Under the pieces are notes generated by a model, which worked only from the letters and a program-made list of their open reading frames with translations, was not told the origin of the DNA and searched no databases. From NCBI RefSeq assembly GCF_000372725.1, contig NW_005201792.1:41452-105451 (forward strand): a stretch of 64,000 nt of DNA. Direction: 5' to 3'. The stretch is from Emiliania huxleyi CCMP1516 (Eukaryota). The translations under genes were made by a program, and so were the position numbers. Below are positions 46,451 through 57,967 of this stretch, piece by piece; within the stretch, counting starts at the first letter, position 1, and every line of letters starts with the position of its first letter.

Positions 46451-49400
46451 TCAGTGGCCACCTCCGCCGCCGCCGCCGCCACCACCACCTTCGATCATGG
46501 TGAGCTCGAACTTGGGCATGCCCACGCCGTCGATGACGAGCGCAAAGATGGAGAAGAAGCCTTCGCCGAGCACGAGGCCGGAAGCTACCATCAACATGTG
46601 CGTATCGTAGTGCTCTGGGGCGCACTTGCGCCAGACCAGCTCCCAGAGTGAGCCTGCATCGCAAAAGGAGGCGGCTGTGGGAATTCGGCGTTGGCTGTGG
46701 GCGCGAGCGTCCGTCCAGCGGCGGCACCGACGAAGCGCGGGAAAATCCAGTTGGGCGTCACGTAGATGCCCATGCCAAGTGCAACGCCCGAAGGGAGGAA
46801 GGCGTGGAGTGCCGTAGGTAGAATCTCCTCGAGCACGGGCAATGCGATGCCGGCGATCACCAAGTAGAGGCCCACCTAGGACCGAACCGGGGGGGGGGGG
46901 TGGCATGCGAGTTTCCTGGCCGGCCAGCTGGGGGGGAAAGGCGGGTCAGGGGGAGGGGACAGCAATATGCGCTGCTGCTAGACGGTGCAGCGTAGCGCCC
47001 ACTCACATCCATGACCGATGGGTCCAGCACGTCGGTGCCCTTCGACAGCACCTCGGCCATGTCCCTCCAGATGTGCATGGAAGGGGCGGGGAATCCCCCG
47101 TTGGGGTCACCGATGTTGTAAATGTTTTGGTAGAGGTTATAGGCCGCCACGGTCACGAACGAGGAGACCGATGCGCCGATGAGCTGCCCCATGAACATGG
47201 CGCGCGGCGAGGAGCGCAGGATGTGGGCCGCCTTCATATCCTGCATGAGGTCGCCTGCCTGGATCGCGGCCGACTCGGCGATGCCACCGGCAATAACGTT
47301 GGTGACCACGCCAGTGCCGGGGATGGCGGCAAAGATGAGCTGGGAGAGCTTCCCCACTCCGGAGGCGGGGTTGAGGTCTGTCGCACCGAGCGCTCGCACA
47401 GCGAGGACACCGATGAAACACGACAGGAACACCGACAAAATCGATTGCCAGTAGGGAATGTTGAAGAGGGGTGAGATGGTGCCGACGGTTGCCGCGGAGG
47501 CGATGAGCAACCCGGTCATCCACCAGGTGGCTGGCACACGCTGCTTCAGTGGAGCAACCTCCACGTCGTCGGTCTATGGCACGGGGCGGCTCCGCGTCGC
47601 GCGCGCTGCGCGTAGTGCTGGGCAGCCCCACGTCTCGAGTCGCACGGGGCTGGAGCCCATGTGCCTAAGTTCGCAGGTGGGGGCGGTGCGCACCTCCGCT
47701 CCGTCGCCGCCGCACGCGGCCTTGCAAGCGGGCCCAATCTGCTTGAGCGCAAGAAAGGAGAGCGAGGTGAGCGCCTCGGCGAGCATGATGGCGAGCGAGA
47801 GCCACGTGAGCCAGCCCTTCGCGCCGTACTCGTAGCTGCTCACCGCCTGTTCGCACTCGCTGAGGTTGGGAGGAGTGGTGCTGTTAGCCGGTCCGCTCCC
47901 CTCGCCTCGCACCGATGGGTCGATGGTGGGCGCACACACGCCGGTCTCCTCGTCGACGACAGCGTCGAACAGGATGTCCGGATAGCCGCCGTACAACTCG
48001 ATGTTGTCCGGGTACCCCTCGACATCTGGCTTGTCTTCTGCCGTGAACCCGACCCAGGCCTTCGTGAGTGCCATTGGCCCGAGAAAGCCCCACGCAAGGG
48101 CGCCGCCAATCATGGAAGAGCCGGCCACTCGGAGTCCCATGATCATACCCTGCCCCACGTACGCGAGCGACGGCTTGAGCGTCCAACTCAGCATGGTCAA
48201 GTTGGGGTAGCAGTAGCTGGTCAGGATCGGGATGTTGGCGAGCTGAGGGATCTGAGAGGGCGGGGGGTTGCAAACGTTTTGCTCGCGTGAGTAAGATCTG
48301 GTGTGAGCCGGCACGGGCGCGGGGCACAATGCTCTGGATGAAAGAGGCGAGGAACGAGATGGTGAAGGACGTGCTCAACGTGCTGAACCGCGCAGACATC
48401 TTTGCCCTCTCAACTTCATCGTCCCCCGAGGCGTGCAGCGTTTCAATGATCTTCCCGGTGGCCATGCCAGATGGAAACCGGAGTTCCTCGACGAGGATCA
48501 CCTAGGGAAAGGATGCGATGCCAAGTGAACCCCCCCCCCCCGCCCCCCTCATCCCCGCCCTTTGGCGGCCTGCTTGCGCAGCGGCACGACGAAGAAGATG
48601 CCAAAGTAGGTAAGTGCCATGCTCCACACGAGCTGAACGACGGGATCGACGCCGATGTTCGCTGGCCCGGTGCAGAGGAGGTCCGGATTTGCCTCCGTCT
48701 CGCAGCCCTCAGGGACCTGGAGGCCCGAAGTGCCGGAGGGGAGGTCGGGGCTAGGCGAGCGCCAGGGCGACGCGCGTACAGAGGAAAGGGGGGGGGGGGG
48801 GGGAGCAGAGACGTGTAGGAGAATATCGGCAGCCGCGGCAGCGGAGCATCTAGCGCCGACAAGGGACTTCAGCGCCGGGACGATGCTGATAAACCCAGCC
48901 GAAAGAGGCATGGTCGCCGTTGCCACGCCAATGGTCTGCAGCACAACATTCTCGTGCTGGTTGAGCGGGCGAGTCGGTTTGCAGATCTGGAAGATGCCAT
49001 AGCCGACGACAGCACACTGGATCGAGCCCATGGTAATCTGCCGTTTCACGGGCGCGAGGTCAGCCGGAGCCACTCCGTGCTTATTCGCTGGCGCCGGGGC
49101 AGCATCTCCTCCCTGTGCTTTGTGCAACGCCGCTGCAATAGCGTGTGTGACGTGAGTACCCCCCCCCCCCCCTTCCGGCATCTATGCACGGGCCCAGCCC
49201 GTTTGGAGGCCAAAGTACATGTTGGTGAAGCAGAGCATGACACCGACACACAGGCCCGCCATCACCGCTCGGCACGTGAATTGCGGCACGTCGTCGCCGG
49301 GCACCGTGGGACCGCCAGTCTTCAACCCACCAGCGATGCTGTATCCAGAGACCCCATCTCGCCCAGTCTTGGACTTCCCGGTACTGAGAGAGCGAGAGAG

Positions 49401-49472
49401 ACTGGCGTCCATGCTTCTCGTGGATTCGCGGGTCGGACGTCCCCTTATTTGATCGGCCGACGATAACGCCAT
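46451..49472 (-). CDS. Oligopeptide transporter (OPT/YSL family)
   Basis: FTCRAVMAG..FTNMYFGLQTGW, ENVVLQT, EELRFPSGMAT, SLAYVGQGMIMG, RALGATDLNP, AGDLMQDMK, VASGLVLGEG. Start may be at 49412. Confidence 0.95.
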
Positions 49473-49870
49473 AAGTTCGTTTTAGCGAGGGGAGATAAGG
49501 TTCATTTTTCTTTTTTGGCCCATGGGTTTGGGTGAGCCCAGCTGGGTGAGTGCCTTCAGTCTGGTCCTGCGTTGCTAGCGAATTTTCGTGTGTGGCTTGT
49601 GACCATGTGTCCATCCTGGCTTCGAACAACATCAAACAAATGACCTCGGGGGGGGGGGGGGGGGGTCCTTTCGCTTGATTAGCGCCTGGCGCTGGGGACC
49701 AGTCATGGCACACTGATCACTGCTGTGGTCAGCCTGCAGGCTCACTGCAAGGTGTGTTCAGCTGTGTTCACCTCTCCATATATCCATCTGGGATGACAAA
49801 GACTGGGATCATACAAAGACCACTACTGTTTTTTGTACTGCACGTTACTGCTGCCACTGCTGCGGCCGAG

Positions 49871-50553
49871 TCACAGCAAAACAGTCGCGGCGACTAGTCC
49901 ACCCAGCTCGGCGCACCGCTCGCGCGCATCCTCGGAGCAAGTTTTGGCGCGCAGGATCGCGCTGGCGGTCTGCGGCTCGCCATTGCGATGGACGATTGTG
50001 TCTGTGACGGCGCGCAGCCGCCACCCACGGCAGATCCTTTCGAGCTGCCTCGCCGCATTGCTCCCGTCCGAGCCGGCCGCAATGGCAAGGCCGTAGGGGC
50101 GGCCGGCGAGCCGTGAGGCCTCCGACTCGTCAAAGCAATCGTAGTAGCTGCGGTGAAAAAACTCGAGCATCTCGCCGCTTGCCGACGCAAGGTTCTCCTA
50201 TCGATATGTGGTCGAATTGTTGCACTTCGGCGCGAGCTTGGCTGATCGGGTGGGCAGGCGGAGGAGATTACTGGTCCGCAGAAGATATACCCGTCGCTGC
50301 CCAAGACGTCCTCCACCGTCGCGTCGCGTGCTCGCCTGCGCAGCACGCTGAAGTCACTCTGGCCGCAGCCCATCTCCTCCGCTGCCGCGTGCGCACCCAT
50401 CTCCGCAGCGTCGGACATTTGCCGAGCGAGCCCCGTCCGGCTGTGCCAAACGATTAATATTCTTTTTGTGAATACGGGCGCTGAGCTCAAGCCCCGTCGG
50501 CAGATGCGGAAGAGGCGCCCTGCGTCTCCTGAGACGTGCCGCGCCATGTGCAT
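49871..50553 (-). CDS. Flavodoxin-like / NAD(P)H-dependent oxidoreductase (WrbA-like)
   Basis: ILIVWHSRTG, DGYIFCGP|ENLASASGEMLEFF, IAAGSDG; one intron; transit-peptide-like N-terminus. Confidence 0.85.
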
Positions 50554-50629
50554 CGCCACTCGTCGCCACGTGCAGCTCGGAGGGTTGTGCTGACACCAAA
50601 AAAGAATTTTTCTTCGCAGCACGACGCAA

Positions 50630-50928
50630 GGCACGGGACCACACCCCTCTCCTTAAAATCCCTCTGTGGTGGCGGCGTGCCGTTCTCCCATCCCTCCCTT
50701 GGGTTGTCCGTTTTCTTTCTTTCTTTTTGCACGGGACTGGCGCGCACTCACAGCACACACTGGCACTTAAAATCCCTGTGTGGTGGCGGCGTGCCGTCCT
50801 CCCATCCCTCCCTTGGGTTGTCTGTTTTCTTTCTTTCTTTTTGCACGGGACTGGCGCGCACTCACAGCACACACTGGCACTTAAATCCCTGTGTGGTGGC
50901 GGCGTGCCGTCCTCCCATCCCTCCCTTG
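50630..50928 (+). repeat. Three tandem R1 tails, 114-bp period
   Basis: TTAAA(A)TCCC at 50653, 50767 and 50881. Confidence 0.9.
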
Positions 50929-50929
50929 G

Positions 50930-51713
50930 CTCTACCTGACATGCAACGAATGGGGGCTAAAGTGCATAGCGCCAGAAAAGTACACTGTCATCGAGATAAT
51001 GAAATCAATCGATGTCGACAAGTCGGGCACCCTCAACTGGGAGGTGAGCGCTAGCTGCTCTAGCACTGACGCTGGACGAGCCTCACGCTGGATCTGGCGC
51101 CCGCCCGATTGCAGGAATTCAAGCAGATCTTCATGGTCTTCTCAGAGCAGATTGGCATGCGGGCCCTGGCTCAGCTTGTCTTCACGCTGATGTGTCCGTT
51201 TGTCGCGGGCATTATTTGCTCCACAATTGCAATGATCTTTCGAGGGGTTCCCAGCCTCCTGCTGCCCCGGAGCGTGATCAAGGTGTTTTCGATGGTCCCG
51301 GAGGCCGTGCCCGTCCTGGTGTGCAGCCAGCATGAGGCGCACCGCTCGTCGCACCCACGGGACCAGCCCCCACGCGAGACACGTAGGCGCTATCGACCAT
51401 CCTCTTCACCCAGCTCACCTACCCGCTCGATTGGGTGGACCAATTCACTGGGAATAACCGTGCGACGCGCTATCGCAAGTCACTTCAAAAGGAGTGCCTG
51501 ACCCGCCCGGGACCGTCCCTTGACAATCTCTCGCGTCGCACCCCTTCCCATCTCGCCCCCCGCAAGGACGAGGATACCAAAGCCCCGGAGGCGGCGAAGA
51601 GCGACGAGGCTGCCGACGCCACGAGCGAGACGGAAAAGCTGCGTAGCAACATCGACACCGAGGGGCCATCAAAACCTGAGAAGGTGACTGGCGAGCGAGA
51701 CCTCACTGCTTGA
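50930..51713 (+). pseudogene. 5'-truncated EF-hand membrane protein gene
   Basis: EF-hand IDVDKSGTLNWE|EFKQIF, then TM helices and two introns. Frame starts abruptly at the R1 repeat. Confidence 0.6.
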
Positions 51714-52432
51714 ACGGATTTATTAGTGCCGAGACATTTAACGGTTCGGTACATACGTTTCTCGGGCACTATTGCGAGGCCGGGAGATAGAGCCACGCGC
51801 AAAAGGCAGAGTGCGCGTCTGGACTGCGGCGCGCCCCCCGCCTAGCCCCCCGCCGGCGCGGGTCGGGTCCCCCCGCGTAACGCGCCGGACCGCGGAGGAC
51901 CGGGGCGCGGCCGCCGGCCGTCGCGTGTTAATGTTCCCCGCCCCACGCCCGTTCGCGCCGGAACTTACACGCCGCGAGACGCGACAAAATTATCGACGAC
52001 ACGATCAGGGCAACGTTTACACTCCTCTGCCGACACCTTTTCGCTTGGCTTAATTTGTTTTTTGTTTCATGGTGTTTGCGCTCGCCCCGCGTTTTTTGTG
52101 TGCCCCAGGCGGTGCACCAAAAGAGCTCGCCGCGGTATAATATAAAGCAGCTGCCGGCGCGCCGCACAGTCGACAGCACCGCTCGCGGACACACGAGGGG
52201 TGACTCCAGCCCCAGGGGCTCCCAAGATCCGAGCGCTCGAACGCGCCGGCCCTCCACACTATTCCCACCCGTGCATGACACCAAACTTGCCCTCCCTTCG
52301 CATGCGCAGCCGCACCCCGCCCCGCCCAAGCCGCGCTCTCCCAGCCGCCACCACGGTGTGGCGGGTACACTGCCCGCGCGGACGCCTCGCTCCTTCCCGA
52401 GGCCGCCTCGCCCGCGCCTCCCGCCACCCGCC

Positions 52433-53838
52433 TCACGCCGCGAGGGCAGCAAAGCCCGCCTCGAAGCCGTCCTTGACTGCCTGCGGGACGGGGTGGCGGG
52501 CACGTAGCACGAAGCGCGGTGAGGGGAGACGGTCTACCACCCGGACAGCGGCGGGGCAGCCCTCGCGTCCCACGTCGCATCTCCACGTCCCAAGACAGGC
52601 GGGCGCTGCGCCGCATCAGGTGCAAGAGAGAGTCTCTCTCTCTCTCTCAGGTGCACGGCCTCGAAGCGCTCGAGCTGCGCCGCGCTGGCCGGGCCGACCA
52701 GAGAGCCGAACCGCACGGCGCGCGGCGCCACAGTGTGCACGTGGCCAGAGCGGGGCCGGCGCGCGCGTGTGAGCGAGACCTGCGAGACGGGCTGCTTCCC
52801 CAGGTAGACACCGAAGAGAGCGAGGCACAACCCTTTGCCGCCGACGGTCTGCCCCGGCGCAGCCGCGTCCGACACGTACAGCGAGTCCGCCTTGCACGTG
52901 AGGTACCTGCGTCAGGAGCACACCAGAGCACTCAGAGCGGCACACACCATGAGGCTACGAATACAGCTGGAGACAGCCGAACACGGCTCAATGCAGCCGA
53001 ATACAGCTTGCCCGGGTGCCTGCTCGAGTGCACGAGAGCCCGTATCCCGCATCTAGGGACGAGCACAGCTGCGCGCCACGCGCGACCGACTCTCCGAGCA
53101 CAGCCTTGAGCGCCGCCTGAAAGAAGAGCTCTGGAGTGAGACAGAAGGGCGGGCACCCCCGCCGCCGCCTCTGGAGCGCGCCTCGAAGCGCTCCACCAGC
53201 GGCTTGCTCACGCCCTTGAGCGCCTGAAGGGAGGGTTCCGAGAGGGGTCCGGGAAGAGGGGTCCGCTCGCCCAAGCGGCTAGCTCACGTCGCTGTCGAGC
53301 GCGTCGCGGAGGGCGTCGACGACCGCCTTCCCGCCCACGGACCGGTGGAACCGGAGCAGCAGCGTCTTGGCGGTGCGGCTGCCGCTCACCGCGTCAAACA
53401 GCGCCTGGCCACGCTTGCCGCTCCGCTTCAGCGTCGCCACGCCGCCACTGTCGAGGTACACCCCCACCGCGTACACCTGCGGCGCGGAGCGGCCGCTGAG
53501 CCTCGGCGGTTGCAGCCGCTCAAGCGCGCCGCCCGGGCCGGGGTCGCACCTTGACTGCGCCGTACTTGTAGCGCGTGCCTCCGCCCATGAGCTGCTGCGT
53601 CGCGCCAGCCGTACGCAGCGACTGCGGGAAGGCGAGGCCGTCGATGACCAGCTCACCAGCCGCACCGCCGCCGCCGAGGGAAGACGCTACGGCGATCGCG
53701 GCGATGGCGGCCGCGCAGACAAGGAGGCCCGTCGACGCGCCCGTCCTAGGCGCGGGGAGGGGGTGTGGTGTGAGGGCTCGGGCTTTGCGAAGCTGCGGTC
53801 CTTCTTACTCGCGCGGCGATGTTACATGAGCTGCTCAT
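52433..53838 (-). CDS. Chalcone-isomerase-like fold protein (start uncertain)
   Basis: GLAFPQSL..LMGGGTRYKYGAVK|VYAVGVY, LLRFHRSVGGKAVVDAL, LCLALFGVYLGKQPVSQ|AVKDGF. Confidence 0.8.
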
Positions 53839-54087
53839 GCCGCTTCGCCGACATGGGATTGGGCGTATTGGAATCCCCGAAAAAAAAAGCTTGATGGCTT
53901 TCTCCAAGAGTCATTAGGCAAAATCCTGCAAAGGTGGGGACGTGTCTGTCCTCGACCCAGCCCTAGCTTGGGATGTCCGTTATATTTATTTATTTATTTA
54001 GGCACGGGACTAGCGCACTAAGGCCCTGTGTGGTGGCGGCGTGACGTCCTCCCATCCCTACCTTAGTTTACCTGTTTTCTTTCTTTC

Positions 54088-55236
54088 TTGAACGCTGTCC
54101 TCTCGGTCTACCCGTCACTACGCGACACCGTCGCACTGCGGGGCATGCCCCTGTCCCCGGTGGCAGGGGAAGAAACAGTGCCGATGCTGCAGCACTTTGC
54201 GCAGCACTACAATGACATCAGCCAACGGCGTGGGCCGGGCGATGTCGCGCGCATCTACGCGGTGCAGGCACAAGACAAGGAGTTTGGCCTCTGCCACACG
54301 TACGAGCTTGGCCGCTTCTGTCCGTCCATGCTGCCGTCGGCGCAGCGCATCCCGCCTATTGGCGACCTCTTCACGCAGCAGAGCACCTCTCCAGTCCCGA
54401 AACAGGGCACGCTCGCTGCTGTCGGGGCCCATGAAGCGTGGATCGCGTGCCTGGGAGGCGGCGTGCGAGGAGGTCGACAAAAACATGCCGCAGTCGGAGG
54501 CGATCAAGTTCAGGGACGCAACTCGCTTCATCTCGATCTCCCAGTTCGGCGCCGCTGGATGGCTCGACATGCGCCCTGATGGACTCCACCACACGAAGAT
54601 GGTGTCGGCGATGTTCCTGACGGCGATACAGCGCAGGCACGGGCTCTACTTGTCGGTGATTGCGCCCACTCTCGTCGAGAAGGCTGCCGCGGGCGAGCAC
54701 GTCACGGTGGGAGAGTACAAGGGCGACTTCCTCGCCAACTCCAACAAGGGCGACCGCACCTCCAAGCACAACGGGGTGCTAAGGGCCGCCCAGAATGCCA
54801 TCCGGGCGCGCTCGGTTGGCAGCATCATCCTCGGGGAGAAGGAAAAGCCCGAGGTGACGCGGCACCTCAACGACACGTCCGTGACTGACATCTGCGAGAT
54901 CGGCGGCGACTTCGCCACGATGCGGGACGTGCACTACGAGGTCAAGTGCTGGAACTCGCTCACCAAGTCGACGACGGCGGGGAGGGGCTCGTGGGACAAT
55001 GGTGGCAATGTGGCGTCGGTGGGCCACCTCTACGGGTTTGGAAACACGCTGGACAAGGCGTTGACGGGACGGGAGTCGTGGGGTGCAAGGAGCGTGGCCG
55101 TCAGGTGGACGGACCGCTCGACCACTCGACTGGAAAGGGATGGGTCAAAGACCACGCGTATGGAAAGGGGTGGGTCAAGACGGATACGGGCTGGAAGTGG
55201 ATGGGAGCGCAGTACTACGACGCGAAGTGGGTCAAG
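54088..55236 (+). mobile_element. Frameshifted fragment of a non-LTR retrotransposon with restriction-like endonuclease (CRE-like)
   Basis: GAAGWLDMRP..FLTAIQRRHGL, GDFLAN..RTSKHNGVLR and E..TD..DVHYEVK match the post-RT/RLE region. Two frameshifts; no RT core. Confidence 0.7.
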
Positions 55237-56880
55237 AAACCGCACTTATCTCGGGTGTGCAAGCCCACACCGGCTCGCGATGCCACGGAGAGGGCTCGAC
55301 GCTTGAGATTGGACCCCATCCGCGGCGATTGCGAGGGCATTCCGGAGGTCATTATCGGCGCTACCGACCGCGATATGTCCCGTCCCGCAGCCCTCATGCA
55401 CCAGGGCCATGGGTTCAGTCATAACATGTAGGCCTTCTCTCCCACAGTTTTGAGCAATCGCCGCAAACATGCGCTTCTTGCGCACTTGCTATCGCGACAC
55501 GGTCACACGCGGACTCTCCAGCCTCGCAGCTCACCACCTCGCCTTCTCTGTCGCTCTCCTGGCCCAGGCCCATCGGTAGCAGTCCTGGGGTGTCTGAAAC
55601 CGCACTTATCTCGGGTGTGCAAGCCCACACCGGCTCGCGATATGCCACGGAGTCAGAGGGCTCGACGCTTGAGATTGGACCCCATCCGCGGCGATTGCGA
55701 GCTTAGGGGACCCCTAGGGTTCTGAGGGCCGGACTTTTTAAGACCTTTTAAGAATTCTTAAGATACAAGCCTCTCTCACAGCACACTGGCACGACAAGGG
55801 CGCGGACTGGCGCGGACTGGCACACACACCGGCTCACGAGGAGGTTTGGGGGCTTAACTTGCCATTTAAGAGATTGCAGGCACGGGGGTCCCTCTTTTAA
55901 GACCGTTCAAGAAAATCGACACATCTGTAAGTCTGGTGCACTGGCAGGAGCCATACTCGCATAGGGGACGCGTGCTAGCTGACTGTAGCCAGCTTCCCGG
56001 CCTACGGCGTCTACCGGGAGAGCTCCTGCGGCTCCTCCCGTGGACCATCCATCGACCTCGGGAGCTCTCCCGCACCGTTTAAGCGTTTAAGACCGTTTAA
56101 GGAATCGGCGGCCCAGGCAGCCTTAAAAAGGCCCGGGCCCGTTTTAAGCCGTTTAAGCCGCAGGCGCCCCAGGGCCCACCCTTTTAAGCCTAGGGGTCCC
56201 CTAAGATTGCGAGGGCATTCCGGAGGTCATTATCGGCGCTACCGACCGCGATATGTCCCGTCCCGCAGCCCTCATGCACCAGGGCCATGGGTTCAGTCAT
56301 AACATGTAGGCCTTCTCTCCCACAGTTTTGAGCAATCGCCGCAAACATGCGCTTCTTGCGCACTTGCTATCGCGACACGGTCACACGCGGACTCTCCAGC
56401 CTCGCAGCTCACCACCTCGCCTTCTCTGTCGCTCTCCTGGCCCAGGCCCATCGGTAGCAGTCCTGGGGTGTCTGAAACCGCACTTATCTCGGGTGTGCAA
56501 GCCCACACCGGCTCGCGATGCCACGGAGAGGGCTCGACGCTTGAGATTGGACCCCATCCGCGGCGATTGCGAGGGCATTCCGGAGGTCACTATCGGCGCT
56601 ACCGACCGCGATATGTCCCGTCCCGCAGCCCTCATGCACCAGGGCCATGGGTTCAGTCATAACATGTAGGCCTTCTCTCCCACAGTTTTGAGCAATCGCC
56701 GCAAACATGCGCTTCTTGCGCACTGGTGCGGCACATCGCCGCGCGACACACGGTCACACGTCACACGCGGACTCTCCAGCCTCTCAGCTCACCACCTCGC
56801 CTTCTCTGTCGCTCTCCTGTAGCAAGCCTGAGAGGTGTCTGAAACCGCACTTATCTCGGGTCTTCAAGCCCACACCGGCT
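55236..56880 (+). repeat. ~360-bp tandem repeat, about 3 units
   Basis: GAAACCGCACTTATCTCGGG at 55236, 55596, 56474 and 56841. The second unit is split by a MITE. Confidence 0.9.
55702..56205. mobile_element. 504-bp MITE, 8-bp TSD (hAT-like)
   Basis: Perfect 17-bp TIR CTTAGGGGACCCCTAGG; TSD ATTGCGAG. Neighbouring repeat units show the empty site. Confidence 0.95.
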
Positions 56881-57967
56881 CATAACGATCCACATACGGG
56901 CTCTCACACACGCACATTACAGATCACATACGCCACCGAGCCCGCCGCCCGGACGCGCGGGTACGCCGCGCCGCGCGTGCCGTCGCCGTCGAGCGAGCGC
57001 CATGGTGCCGGTCGTCGCCGCGCGCGAGCAAGCGCGAGCAAGCGCGGCGCTCCTTCTGCTGCAGGCGCGGCGGGCAGTGCCCGCTGCGACGCCTCGCAAG
57101 CTGAGCCTCGGCGGCGTCGAGGTCGATCGCGCTCGCTCCCGCGGGCGCGGCGGTCGCCACCGATCCGGACGCGGTCATGGCGGCCCTCGTGGCCGGCACG
57201 CACGCCGCAGTGCGCGCACCAGCCACGCTCAGAGCAATGCGGCGGCCATTGGGCGAGAGCGACGAGTGCCCTTCCTGGGGCTGTGGCGGTGCGAGCGGGG
57301 CGTAGCGAGGCACCTCGGCCCCCGGGCGATCGAGTCGGTCGAGCAGGGCAGCGGAGAGCGACCGCGGGCGTCGTGGCGGACCTGCGTGGTGGTCGCCGGC
57401 CACGATGAGCGGTCTTGCGAAGGGGCGGATTAGGCGCCCTCGCGGGGCGGTCCCTGGGACGCCCACGGCCGACCTGGCGCGGCGCATACCCCGGGCTGGA
57501 TGTGTATGGGCGGTGGGGGTCCTTTGTTTGGTCACCTTTAGGCCGCAAACACCCGCACGGAGGTGCACGTCATGTGATGTGGGGTTTAGAGCCAGGCTAT
57601 AAACCCCACATCTTGACTGCGAGTGAAGATCCACAGTACCTGGAGCGAAAAAAAAGCAAGCGAGCTCTGTTGCGCGCGCGCGCCGCTTCTTTCCGATCAG
57701 TTGATCGGGGTCGCAAAAGCGCATGCCGAGCACCGCCTCAAGAATCTTGTAGCAGAATGTCGGTCTAAGGCGCTGGACATTCCTTCGGTGGACACCCCAT
57801 GTGCACTGCACAGCCGCACAGGAAAACTCGACATACGACAAAAAACCGCCGCGGTCTGTGCGTATGTATGGCAAGATCCAAGGATCACTCGCCGCTCGGA
57901 ACCTCGGACGCCCCGGGGAGAATCACAAAGAGACAATGTAGGACCTAGGACGCCGAGCCACGCCAAC

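Noticed and set aside
55236..56880. Retrozyme (hammerhead-containing tandem repeat)
   Set aside because: No CTGAnGA...GAAA core found by eye on either strand.
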